Shown: positions 21,717-34,000 of the stretch, piece after piece
How positions within the stretch are numbered: the stretch's first letter is position 1
Layout of the letters: each line of letters starts with the position of its first letter
From: Rhizaria sp. SCN 62-66
Lineage: Eukaryota
DNA length: 44,911 bases
Reading direction: 5' to 3'
NCBI GenBank assembly: GCA_001724265.1
Contig: MEDY01000050.1
Coordinates: 62,001-106,911, forward strand
Made by a program: the position numbers and the translations under genes
Notes under the pieces: model-generated
The model's database searches: none
What the model was told of the DNA's origin: nothing
Seen by the model: only the letters and a program-made list of their open reading frames with translations

Positions 21717-24700
21717 ATGAGCTTTGGCTTCGACTTTTGCGGCGGCGACGGCGGGATCCCGCTCGCCGCGCGCGACATCAACGCCCAGGCCAAGGCAACG
21801 GAGACCTCCCCCATCCCCCTCTCCGCCTCCGCCTCCGCCTCTGCTTCGAGCAACCCCGCGGCTGCAGGCTCCGCGTCCTCGGCCCCCGCCGCCCCCGCGG
21901 CGCCGTTTTCCCCCGTGCTACTCCCGTCCCCGTCGCTCTCTGCGTCAACTCGCCTGCCCCCCTCAGCCTCAGGCTCCGGCCCAGACCCCGGTCCAGGCAG
22001 TGGCAGCGCTCAAGCAAACGCAAGCGCCCACAGCCGCAACAGCCCCGGCGCTGGCGCTGGCGCTGGCGCCGGCTTTGGCGCGGGCGTGGGTGCAGGTGCG
22101 CGCGCGAGTCCCAGCCTGGCCACTGCTCACTCAAGCACCACCACCAACAACAGCAGTGCTGCGGTCATCCCTGGCACGCCGGTGCTTCCCGCCGCCCCCG
22201 CGCCGTCGCCGGCTTTCTTCGGCCACAACTTGCCCCCTCAGAACGGCGGCTCCGCCGCCAACACCACCCCGTTAGTGCCGGGCCGAAGCCCGCTTTTGCT
22301 CTCGATGCGCAGCCTCGGCGGCGGCAGCAGCACTGCCAGCAGCGGCAGCAGCCAGCAGCAGGGCGCGCAGACCGGCGGCGGCGCTGTTCCCGTCGGCTTC
22401 TCGCCCGGCTTGCCCCCGCGCTCGCTCTCGACGGGCACGCCCGCGCTTACAGCCGCCGCCGCAGCCGCCGCCGCTGCGACGAACGCAGCCCTGGCTGCTG
22501 CAGCTGCCAACGGCAACAACACGCAGGCTTTGCCCGCCAGCGGCGGTGTGGGCGATGCGACGCCCCAGAACACGCCTTCGCAAAACGGTCACAGTACGTG
22601 TCTTTTAGCTTCAAGTCAAACAACGAATTGCGACACTTTGATATGGATGTAACACGTTCGATCATTTTATCACTTGTATTCAAGTAAAACAATGTTCAAT
22701 ATGCTCGTTATATGCATGGTTATGCCCAAATTACTTTTTTCGTTATTATCTGCACGACTTTGTTCATTCAACTCCGTTTCTCGATTTTGTTTTTCTTGGC
22801 ATTTCGCAGACACGCCCAGACGCAGCTCGTTCCTCGCCTCGTTCTTCTCTCTGTCGCAGTCGCCCGGCGCGGGGCCGCTGACTTCCGCCGCCGCAGGCCT
22901 GCCCCCAACGCCGCCGCTGCCGCCGCAGTCGCTGTCGTTGTCACAATCCCAGCAGTCTCAGCAGTCCCAGCCGCCGCAGCAGCACTCGCACTCACTGTCG
23001 CAGTCCCTTTCGCTGTCGCTGGCGACACTGGCGTCGCTCGCCATTGGCACCCCCGCCCCGGCCAAGATCAACACCGCTGACGTCAACCCGAGTCATAGCA
23101 GCGGCACGACAGACAGTCCTGCGAAGAAGCACACCGCTGCTTTGACTCACAACAACAACAGCAGCTCCAACAACAACTCTAACACTAACGCGAACCCGCT
23201 TGGCGGTCCCAGCGGCAGATACGTGGCCAACAGCGTTTACGGCGTCGGCCAGAGCCCGATGTTGCCGGTGACGACGCTGCACGTGCCGCCTACTGCGAAC
23301 CCCAACGCTCCCGCCCACACTGGCGCCGCTGCCGGCGCTGGCACTGGGGCGAACAACACGCAGAACAGCAGCAACAGCCACAGCGAGGGCGACAAGGCGT
23401 TTGGCGCTGGGAATAACGGCAATGGCAACGGGGCGGGGAATTTGACGTTCAACAGCGTCAACAACAGTCCGCTCATTATGACCAAGACGATGAGTGACGC
23501 AACCGGCAGCAGCAACAACAACAGCAGCGAAGACGACATCAGTGCGCTCTCGCAGCAGCAGCGGCAGCAGCAGCTGTTCTTGCTCCAGCGGCAGCAGCAG
23601 CAGCGGTTATTGCAACAGCAGTACACCCGCGAACGCGAGCAGAAGCAGCACGGCGCGGCTGGCGCCATCAGCAGCCCAAACACTTACTTAGACGATGTAA
23701 GTACCCCGTTCCCCACCCCGGCGGACGCGTGCCAGGTCCGCGCGCTGCCCCACTCAGCCTCGGCCGCGAGCGCCGCTGTCAACGGCACCAACACCGCGGC
23801 AAACGCCAATGCGAACAGCTTTCACGGTAACAACGCGGGCAACAACACTGTCGCAGTAGGCGGCAACGGCAGCGTCGGACAAGGCGGCGGCCGCAGTCGC
23901 GCCGCGTCCGAAGCCAGCCCCGGCGGGTTCTTCGGCAGATCGCTGTCGATGTTCTCGGCTCTCGCGCCGACTACGGTGCTGCCCACCGCGGGCGTCGGCG
24001 CGCGCTCTGGCGCGTACAACAACAACAACAACAACGGCGCGTCGGTCGCCGCCGTCATTGCTGGCGAGCTCGGCGGTGCTTCCACGATGAACGACGGCAA
24101 CGAACACGCTGCTGTTGGCGGCGACGCGATGAACAAGACCGCCAGCAACGTGTACGCGCCCGAGCACTCCGGCGGCGCCCTGAGCGAGAGCCTTGCCAGC
24201 GGCAGCTTGCACGGCGGCGATGACGACTGCCACGGAGACGTCTCCGCCCACGGCCACTTCGCAGCCGCCAGTGCGACCGCCGCGGCTGCCCACGGCCACC
24301 AGAGCCTGACGCCGCAGCAGCACTACTCGCGTTGCATCGGCGCTGGCGATCTAAGGGGCGCGGGCACCTACACCGGCGGCGGCGGCGCTGACAACGGAGC
24401 GATTCCGCACAGCAGCAGCAACAACAGCGCTTATAACGCGCAGAGTCAGCAGCAGCAGAAGCAGCAGCATTTGTTGCTCGCAGCCGCTATCGGCGCCAGC
24501 CCTGTCAACGTCTCAGCCGCAAACTCCGCCGGCAACAGCAACAACGGCGGCAACGGGAACGGCAACGGGAGTGGCAACGGCACAAGCAGTGGGTTCAGGA
24601 CCAGCCGCAGCCACAGTATGAGCGACTGCGACACGACTCCGACAGGAAATTCGCTCATGATGGGCAAGCCAGGGTACTTACACGGTCTAAGTGCCGACCG

Positions 24701-24968
24701 TGAGCACGACAGCCAGATGCAGAACCTGCTGCAGACGCTCGGTGGCAGCCAGACCCCTGTCTATAAGCCGCTGTCCACCCCCGCTGCCGCCGGTGCTGCC
24801 GCCAACGCTACTGGCAACGGCACCAGCAACGGCAAGACTGCGGCGGCGCTGCCGCCTTTCACGCTGGGCTCCAACGCGGCTGACAGCGGCGCCGTCGGTG
24901 CTGACGGAAAGGTGGCCGTAGGCACCGGCTCGTGGGTTGGCGACGACTCTAAGTGGACGCGCCAGTAA
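21717..24968 (+). CDS. Hypothetical low-complexity, probably disordered protein (A/S/N/G/Q-rich); exons 21717-22593 and 22810-24968, ~1,011 aa
   Basis: Two long same-frame GC-rich ORFs joined by a GTACGT..CAG intron; coding-like codon use. No domain recognised. Confidence 0.75.
22594..22809 (+). other. Spliceosomal intron, 216 nt (3n, contains stop)
   Basis: CA|GTACGT ... TTCGCAG|AC, AT-rich. Confidence 0.85.
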
Positions 24969-27490
24969 TGTAAGTATCACGTCCCCAAGTACTCAGGCCG
25001 TTGATTTTTCCCTCCCTCAGTTGCTTTGTGTTGATGTTCGTTCTTAGATTGAGTGTTTCTACTTGTTTTGATGTTTGTGTCTCAATATTTTCATCTTGAC
25101 TTTTTGTAACTCGATGTATACGTTCTCGATATAGTTGTTTCTTTAAGTGTCAGGAGTAACATGACACTCGTGTTCTTTACGTGACCACACGCGTGTCCCC
25201 TTTCACTTGAGACCCGTATTTCGTCCCATGTCACTTTTCTCAAGACACTTGTCGCATGTTCTTGTTATATCGTATTTTTAATGAACATTTTTAGTGATCT
25301 GTTTATGTTTTTCAGTGCTGGCCCCATCAACACACACACATGGGCTCTTAATTGTACTTTCTCCAATGCAGCTGTCTGCCTTTGACAGACGAGCGCAACC
25401 AGTTTTTACTTTTCATGTATTTTTAACGCATTTGCACTATTCACTTGTAATATGGAAGCTTATGTCGATAGTTGTTGTTTTTAGTTCTATGCACTGTGCT
25501 TGTGTGTGCTTACGTTGTTGTAACCGCCCAGCCAGTGTTTTTTCTCCTTTGTTGTCGCTTGTTTCCTCTGTACTTGTCTCTTGTTCTTTTGTGTCACACG
25601 TGTCTGACCTCGGCGAAACCACGTACTTTCGTTCGCTTTCTCCTTGCGTCAACACTTGTTGATATTCCATTGTATATTCGCGTTCTCTCCGTGTCATTTT
25701 TAAAGGTCGATCAATGGCTCTGCATGGTTTGTGCACTGCTATGTGCAGTATATTCTCTTCGATCTGTGGTTACGCTTTGCTTTTTTCCCTCTCACTTTTA
25801 GCGTCTATTCTCCATTTGAACTCATTACAACAACTATAATTTGGCTTATCACAATAATTATCTTGTTACAACGTATCTTTACATCTGCAGCGTTTGATCA
25901 CGAGCTGTTTCACAGTCATATGTCCGCTTATGATCACCCGAACAAATATCTGTAGGCGCTTTGCAACTCAGCTTATGCATGAAGGCGCGTTATTGATCCG
26001 TATCTCAACACGAGCAAAGTTGACTTCTGAGCCTTGACATCATACTCTCTGCTACAACCATTTTATTAGCAGAGTTTGTAATTTACAATGTTTTTAGGTT
26101 GTTGTGATTGTTTTCTAGTGTCTTTTGTTGTTGTAATAGTAATTTTACACCTCTTCACTCTTAGATGTTGCTGGTCCTGTTTATATCCCGCTGTTTGACA
26201 GTCTTAATAAGTCTCTCGCATCTTTGAGTGTCAGCACTCAAGAAACATGTGTACTCTGCACAACGCCATCGTTCGCAGCGCATGCCATTGTGCTTTATTT
26301 TGTGACAGCGAGAACACAGTATCGCGATAACTATAATAACTTCGACAGTCATATCCAGGACTGTAACTTATACCACCTCAGAAGTAGTGACTTACACTTT
26401 CATTGACTGCAAACAGTGATGCTGTTTCGAGCCAAGATCCTAGTAGAACATACATTACCAGTATATACATGTACTTGCTATTATGTTTCATATTTGGAAT
26501 TGCACCACGATTATTTCATGATGTTATGAGTTGATTTTGTTTTGGCTTCTATCCCCATTGTTCTCATGTTTGACATTTTTCCCAAGCGACTTTCACAATC
26601 TAAATGTCGACTTATGAAGTTGCATCTTATATATATTGCACTTTCACACACATTTTCCGCAATGCCATCCGGTTCATACGCACAGACACATATTTACGCG
26701 CAGTATATACTCGCACATATCTTTGTGTCAGTACCTATCAGTTCTCGCACGAGACAATGACACGTCAAATCTTCGATGCTGTTAAAGACATACACGTGGC
26801 GGTAGATAGATACGACCTTGTAGTATAATCTATCGAAATGGCTCCCACTCAGAGATTAATTTGATGCGACATTGATGCTGCAGTAGTAAGTTGCGAATCA
26901 CTGCGACGACTGCCGATGCTTTCATGTCAAAGGAGAGCCAAGTAGCCACAAGGGCCAGTGCGGGCTCAGCTCCATCCGAGAGACACATATTCAGTCCCAT
27001 CAGCCGAACCGCGCGTGCATCGCTCTTCACAGGCGCACTAGGGACGCGATGCAGTGTGATTAGTCGTCATGAGGCAGCCACGCCGTTAAGAAGACAGAAA
27101 CCACTCAAGATAAGGAGCTATCAACGCATATTTTTAGGAGAATACCACAAACCTACGTGCAAAGTTATGGACACCACATTTAAGATCCAGTGAACATCAT
27201 TGGTCGCAATCAATGCTGTCAAAGCCGCTACAGAGCGACTCGCTCTGAAAAATCTGCGTCCAATGTCCAATGCACGGTTGCACACGATGCCACGCCTGCG
27301 CTATAGTGACCATGAACGCAGTACGCGAGGACTTTATTCCGAAACAACGAGTTGATTTATTTCTTTTTTGTTTATTACATTTTCACAAAACGTAATTGTG
27401 CCTTCCGACAGCTCATCTTCCGCCACCCTCTCTCATCCTCCACTTCCATTCCCACGACCATCCACCCGCGCGCTCCCCCAGCCGCCACAA

Positions 27491-28334
27491 ATGGGCAACC
27501 AGATGGCCTTGACTACCCAGCAGATTGAGGAGGCGAAGCTCCAGTCCGGGTTTACCCCCGAGGAGCTCGCGCGCCTGTTCCGCCGCTTCAAGAAGCTCGA
27601 CGTCGACAACTCTGGCTCGCTCAGCACCGAGGAGTTCCTCGCGATCCCGGAGCTGGAGCACAACCCTCTCGTGCGTCGCGTCGTCGACACCTTCGACGGC
27701 AACAAGAACGGAGAGGTCGACTTCCAGGAGTTTATTCAGGTACGCTACCACACTGCATGCACGCGCTCGCCCTAGGCTTCGTATGTGTTGTGCCAATTAC
27801 TTACCACCATGTCCCATTAAGCTGAACTTTGGGACGGGATATGACGAACAAGATGTTGCTGTACTCACATTTTGCTAAGTTATAAGTAAAGAAACGCACT
27901 ATTGTGTATATTATCAAACCGTTATATTATATAGGTCTACTTTCGCTCTAATCCACTGGATTGCTCACCACCACCTCCACCTTTGTCCCTATCTCTCTTG
28001 TCTCCACAACAACACACAACAGTCGCTGACGATCTTCTCGGCCGTGCAGCACGACGAGGCCGCGCGCATGATGTTCCTCTTCCGTCTATATGACGTTGAC
28101 GGCGACGGCGCTATCGGCAACAGCGATCTTTTCACCCTCCTCAAGACCATGGTGGGCTCTAACCTCAGCGAGGCGCAGCTGCAGCAGCTCGTGGACCGCA
28201 CTTTGCGCCAGGGTGATAAGGACATGGACGGTAAGCTGAGCTTTGCCGAGTTCGAGGCCATGGTCAAGGACCAGAACGTTGCGGCCAAGCTCGAGATCGA
28301 CATCACCTCGACGCTCAGCTCCCCCAAGAAGTAA
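27491..28334 (+). CDS. CNB1: Calcineurin regulatory subunit B (4 EF-hands); exons 27491-27739 and 28023-28334, 186 aa
   Basis: MGNQ myristoylation-type start; [108 protein letters not shown]. Confidence 0.95.
27740..28022 (+). other. Spliceosomal intron, 283 nt, phase 0
   Basis: CAG|GTACGC ... CAACAG|TCG restores EFIQSLTIFS. Confidence 0.9.
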
Positions 28335-28808
28335 GTACTACTATGCTCGAAGTAAGTACATGTACATGTACTCCAGCTAACGTCTAAGTACTAAGTGATC
28401 CGCGCGCGTGAAGGCGATCCTTGTGTGTCGTCTATGCACACCGCAGGCTTTCCTTGTTGAGATCATATATGTGAGTGACTGTTGTCTTGACCGACAAACA
28501 GTTTCATTGAGCTTCCGTTCGCTTTGCAGTGTAAATATTGTCGTCTTTCGTTTTAGTTTAGGAATATTTGTTGTTATAAGTTTAGTCATTTTGAGTTACA
28601 AAGAATATCATCCGTTTATTTTTGAGATAGTGTGCAATAGAATTCGTCGTATTCGATTCGATGTGATCGAAGTTCGATTTCAATCATCAATACAACATAT
28701 CGGTGTTAGTTAACCTGACATGCGCAAACAAGTCGATAACGCTATGAAATGGATGATGCTTTGTTGCAACTGAAAAAGCAACAACAGTTGGCAATCCTAC
28801 GAAAACGG

Positions 28809-28838
28809 TATGTTCTACATTCTTATGTTCTACATTCT
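28809..28838. repeat. Perfect 15-bp tandem duplication (TATGTTCTACATTCT)x2
   Basis: Read directly in the CNB1/RTF2 convergent spacer. Confidence 0.8.
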
Positions 28839-28929
28839 CACAACAGCCACACAGGTACTCGTGCTGTGACTAGATCGTTGAACATTGCAGCGATTGTTTA
28901 TAGTCATTTGCTGACCCCTTGATTCATAA

Positions 28930-30051
28930 TCACGGACACGGCCTCTTGACTTGCTGCTCGCCGTCGCCCTTATCGTCGCTGTCACCCTCAGTCACCGCGA
29001 CCCCAGCCTTTGCTTCTTTAGTCTTATCAGCCGGAGTCACAGTTGCAGCCGCAGTCGCACTCTCGGCCGTCGCATCGTCAGCCTTCGTCGCCTCAGCATC
29101 CGGCTTGCTGCGCTTCTTCTCCTTCTTGTCCCTCTTAGCCTTTTCCTCCCGCGCGCGCCTGTCGCCTTCCCAGCGCCGCAGCGCGTCGCCGGCGCCCTCC
29201 CCCGCCGGCGCCAATAGTAAGAAGGCGGGCTCGTCGCTCGCGCGGTCGCTGCTAACGGTCAGTGACTGTGAGCAGACAGGGCAGACTGAGATCAGCAGGG
29301 CTGCGGGGGGCACCACGGGCATCGCCACGACCACACCCGCGTCACTCCGTGCACCCGCACTCGCACTCGAGCTAGAGCTGGAGTTGGACGAGCTTGCGTC
29401 GCTGTTGTTACTGCTGGACGTGATGGTGGTGGTCGTAGTTGTTATGGTGCCGGCGAGACAGCTCGCGAGCGCCGCCGCTACCCACCCGTGCCCGTGACCG
29501 TGACCGTGGGCGCCACGGGTACCCGCCCCGCCGGCGCCGGCGCTGGCGCCAGTGTCGGGGTTGGTGTCGGAGAGTTCAAGCAGCGCGCGGAGAGACAGCA
29601 CGCAGCCGCACGGCCGGCAGGCGACGAAGGGGACGCGGCCCGAGGCCACGGCGCCCGACAGCGGGCAGACGAGGCGCGGGGGCAGGCCGTCCGCGCGCGC
29701 AGAGTCGTCGTCACCGCCGCCACGCGGAGCAACGGCGGTGGCGGTGGAGGAGTTGCAGGTTGTGTTTTCGCCCTCGAAGGTGACCGTGAGCGGGAGCAGG
29801 TCCTTGAGGCCGCGGATGTGGCGGAACGCGGGCGCGTCGGACTTGGCCAGCAGGTGCTCGATCACGGCCGTTTTGTTGTACAGGAGCCCGCGCGCGCAGG
29901 CCACGATGGGCCGTTGCAGGGGCTGGGCTGTGAGCGCGCAGTGGGCGAGCCGGGCCGCGGCCGCTGTGAAGGGGTCCGAGGCCACGCCGCGGCGGCGCTG
30001 ATGCCGGACAAGGTCTTCGCGAGTGGGGATCGTGCCGCCGTCGCCGCCCAT
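28930..30051 (-). CDS. RTF2: Replication termination factor 2 (Rtf2 RING-like protein), 373 aa, single exon
   Basis: Diagnostic N-terminus MGGDGGTIPTREDLV, then CALTAQPLQRPIVACARGLLYNKTAVIEHLL, HIRGLKD, CPLS, PCGCVLSLRAL, CPVC, and a Lys-rich tail. Confidence 0.93.
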   Translation of the reverse strand: MGGDGGTIPTREDLVRHQRRRGVASDPFTAAAARLAHCALTAQPLQRPIVACARGLLYNKTAVIEHLLAKSDAPAFRHIRGLKDLLPLTVTFEGENTTCNSSTATAVAPRGGGDDDSARADGLPPRLVCPLSGAVASGRVPFVACRPCGCVLSLRALLELSDTNPDTGASAGAGGAGTRGAHGHGHGHGWVAAALASCLAGTITTTTTTITSSSNNSDASSSNSSSSSSASAGARSDAGVVVAMPVVPPAALLISVCPVCSQSLTVSSDRASDEPAFLLLAPAGEGAGDALRRWEGDRRAREEKAKRDKKEKKRSKPDAEATKADDATAESATAAATVTPADKTKEAKAGVAVTEGDSDDKGDGEQQVKRPCP

Positions 30052-30419
30052 CGTGAAGTGATAGTCTTGAAGAGAGCGAGATGAGCCGAGAAACAGCCAA
30101 CGGGTGTGGTCGGGAGAGAGCGGGAGAGCTAGGAGAGGAAGGAGAAAGTGGATCAATGCGCGACGGTGAGCGATTGTCGAAATATAATTAGAATATAATA
30201 TTTAAGATATAGCTATGCTTTTGAATGTGAAACTACAGAGCTATATACGGTTATTGAAACACAATTTGAATCGATTCAAGTTGCTGACAAGGCTCGCGCC
30301 ACCCCCCTTTGTCGACGTCACTGATATCTTCTTTTCCGTCGCATTTCCTGCCTTTCATCGTAGCCTTCCACACTCCGTTTCTTGCGCGCGCGGCCAGCGG
30401 CAGTTACTCTCACTGCGCA
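30052..30419. promoter_or_regulatory. Probable bidirectional promoter region between RTF2 and the VPS9 gene
   Basis: 368 bp between divergent ATGs. AT-rich core (~30178-30280) flanked on each side by pyrimidine-rich sense-strand leaders. Confidence 0.55.
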
Positions 30420-31005
30420 ATGGACGCGTCCGACGAAGAGGCGCTGTCCTCGAACCCGTTTTTCTCCTTTCTCCAAAACGACACCTCCCTGACCTCTGTC
30501 TACGCCTCGGCCTTCGCCCCGCACCCGCCGCGCCTGTTGCTCGACTCCGCCCCTGCGGCGTCGTCTGCAGCCTTCCAGGGCGACGCCGCGTCCGCGCAGT
30601 CGGTCATCTGCGTCCCGGCGCCCGCCTCGCTGCCGTTGGCGCAGGCACAGGCGCAAGGGCTGGGCCGCGCCCCCGTTAAGCTCGCCACCAAGCTGCAGCG
30701 CAGCCAGGAGTTTGCGGCTGCGCACGTGCTCGTGCCCGCCGCGCGCTCGCCGCTGCCGTTTGCGCACGAGCTCAGCGCAGGCTACAGCGCCCCCGCGCCG
30801 CCGCCCGCGCGCGTCCGAAACTACAGCGACAGAAAGGCCTCAAAGCAGCGGTCGTCTGACAAGAAGAAGAGCACTGATATTGGCTCTTCAGACTCTGGCT
30901 CGAGTTCTGGCTCCAGCTCTGCTGTTGGCTCTGGTGCTACGTCGTTTGGCCCGGCGCCTGCGTCTGCGGAGTCTCACAAACAGGCCAGCGCCGCGACCGC
31001 GACCG

Positions 31006-31069
<64 letters not shown>

Positions 31070-34000
31070 CATTGGTGATGATGTGACCGAGACTGAGAGC
31101 GAAACTGACGACGCGACTAATGACGACGACGACGGCGGCATGCGCGTGGTTTGGGTGGAGCTCTTGCCTGCCGACCGCTGCTTTGTGACGCCTCAAAACA
31201 ACTTCGTTTTCATCTCGCCCCCGCAAAACTCCGATACTATGACAGCTAATACCAATTCTGCTGCAGTGAATAGCAGCATTCACAGCGCTGACGCTGCTGT
31301 TAGTAATAACAACAACGCCAGCTCATCAGTCGATAGCAACACAAACAGTGGCTCTGCTAGTAGCGGCCACAGTAGCAGTGACAACAACAACGCATCTGCG
31401 ACTGCAAGCGGGAGTGGGAGCGGCGCACCGGTGCTTTTGCGGTGCTTTTACCCCCCGCAGCCGCCGCCGGACCCGTTGTCCCCGTCGCAGTCGCTCTGGC
31501 TCGTCGCGACCCCGGTCCCCGCCCCGCCCTCGGCTTCAGCTGCTCACGGTCACTCGGCTGCTCACAGTCACTCTGTCCGCGCCTCGCAAGCGTATCTTTC
31601 TGCGATTACGGCTGCCGCGGTCGCGCTCACACCCGCATCTACCCCTGCCATCGCTGCGTCGACCCACGCCGCGAGTAACAATAACCACAACAACATCAAC
31701 GACGACGACATCGGAGTCCCAGGCTCAACTCAATCGCACTCGCAGGTTGTGCTGGTGTACTCGTGCCCCCCGTGCCCTGTCACGATCATCCGCTCCTCGG
31801 CCCCCTCGGCCGCGCCCCTCTTGGGCTTCGCGCGGCCGTGGCGCGCGCCGGCCCGCGCCGCGCTGCTGAGCGCCCGCGGCGGCGAGGTAACGTGTTACGA
31901 CGACAACTTCCGCGCCTGCCGCGTCGTCACCGTTGACCGGCCGCTCGCGCCAGTTGCGGCGACGCCGCTGCTGCCGCTGCCGCCGCCGGTGCCCGCCGCG
32001 ACCACGGTCGCCACCCCCCACCTGAAGCGCGATCCGGGGAAACAGAAACACAGCCGCAACAACAGCTCTGAGATTGCGACTGCAGACGCTGCGCCTGTCG
32101 AGGCTGCGTCTATCGAGTCTGCGGCTGAGACTGAGAGTGAGGAGCAGCGTCTGGCCCGGCTCGACCGCGCCCGGCTGACGACGCGCGCCGCGCTTGCGGC
32201 CGCGGCCTCGGCTACGGGCCTCTCGGTCGCGACGGGGCTGGGCGGGATCCTGGCGGCCCAGGCGCTCATCACCGACAGCGCGCACCAGAACGGTCACGCC
32301 CGGAGCAATTCCGCGACAGATAACAGTGTCAACGGCAGTGTGAGTGCGAGGAGTAAGTTTGGCTACGGCGAGGCCCCCGCCGTGCGGCCGCTGGAGGAGC
32401 CGGCGCTGCTTCAGGCGCTGCGGCCGGCGAACCTGCGCTCGCGTTCTCTCATGACCGGCGGCTTGACCGGCGCGGGGGGGCTGCGCGGTGTCGGCAACAT
32501 CAGCGAGGGGATGGAGCTAGAGCAGGAGGGTGGCGGGGAAGCAGCAGGAGACGAGGAGGACGCGGGGCTGCTGCCCGTTGATGACGATGACGACGATAAT
32601 GACATCAACACGACGAACGCCACCGGTACAGCTGCTGCTGCTGTTCACGGCCACCCGGCGGTGTATCGAAGTCAGGCCGCATCCACTTTCCTGACCAAAG
32701 CAGCGCCGATGCATTTGTCGCAGCACGGCGCGAGCATGCGTGCACAGTCATTCGCCACGCTGCCTTCCCGTCGCGGCCTGATTAACAGCAACGCTCAGCC
32801 TACGAACGGGAGTGGCGTCGGCTCTAAAGCGAGTCATAGCAGTGGTAAAACGGGGACCTCGCTCGCTCTGAGGTCGAGCTTTAGCAGTTCGAGCGGTGGC
32901 CATTTTCATCACAACAACTTCAGCTTTCTGCACACCATGGCTCAGTCGCAGTCCCAGTTCCCCTCTGCGCTGGCGTATGCGCGCGCGCTGGCCGCAACCT
33001 TCTCGGCCTCAGCGTCCCCCACCGCGGCCTCGGTCCTCGCACTCGCACTCACGCCCACCGCCCCCGTCCCCGGCGCCGCGCCTGGCGCCGCGCCTGTCCA
33101 CATCCACAACGCCGCCGCCGCCGCCGCCGCCATGCCGAGCTCTGTGATCACGGCCGCGATGGCGTCCGCGCTCTCGGCGGCCGTCGCGCAGTCGCCGCTG
33201 GCCTGCCTCACCGCGCCGCCCGCTCCCCCGGCCGGCGGCTTCGTCCAGACCGACGACTTAGCGACGCTGCCGGAGCGGCGGCCGTGGCGCGCGCACGCCG
33301 CCCTGATCGCTCGGCTTATGCGCGCCTGCGGCGGCAGCGCCTTCCCGCCGCCGCGCGCGCTGGCGCAGATCCAGCAGATGCAGCTCCAGCTGCAGCAGCA
33401 GCAGCACCAGTTCGCGTACAGTCAAGGCCTCGGCCGCGGGCGCAGCGGTAGTGCGAGTCTGAGCGCTGCCAGCGCCAGTGCCAGTGCTGGAGCACATGGA
33501 ACGCATGGGGCGCATGGGGTGACTGTAAGCACCATGAATGCGCAGCAGCTGGCCGACGCGGCCGAGGCGGCTTACGTTAAAGAGCACCTGACACACACGC
33601 CGGCGTCGCTGATGCTTGTCAATGATCTGTCGCTGCAGCTCATGGACGCAGCTGCGGCCGCGCGCGCTGCTCTGCCGCCCACAACCACTCATGGTCATAA
33701 TCTCAACTATAACAGTAATAGCTCTAGTTCCCGTGCTGGTGGGAGTCAAAAGAGTAACTCTCGTTCGAACAGTGATGCGACGACATCTAACAACCCAATG
33801 TTTAACACCACAGGGTACAGCATTGAAGACGAACACAATCCTTACAGCCACGACGACAACGACGACGACGGTGATGACGGTGGCGAGGTGAACAGTAGCA
33901 GCAGCAATAGCCGGAGCGCTGCCAAGGCCGCTGCGAGCCGTGCTCTCTCTCGCGCCGCTGATACATTACACGGCGGCTTAACTTCCATCACCGGCGCTTT

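Noticed and set aside
24969..27311. Short ORFs in the AT-rich gap
   Set aside because: Composition is unlike the real exons of this genome and no domains are recognisable.
28331..28336. GTAAGT overlapping the CNB1 stop as a donor extending the protein
   Set aside because: The protein is already complete, the site does not fit the local GTNCG consensus, and no downstream exon is evident.
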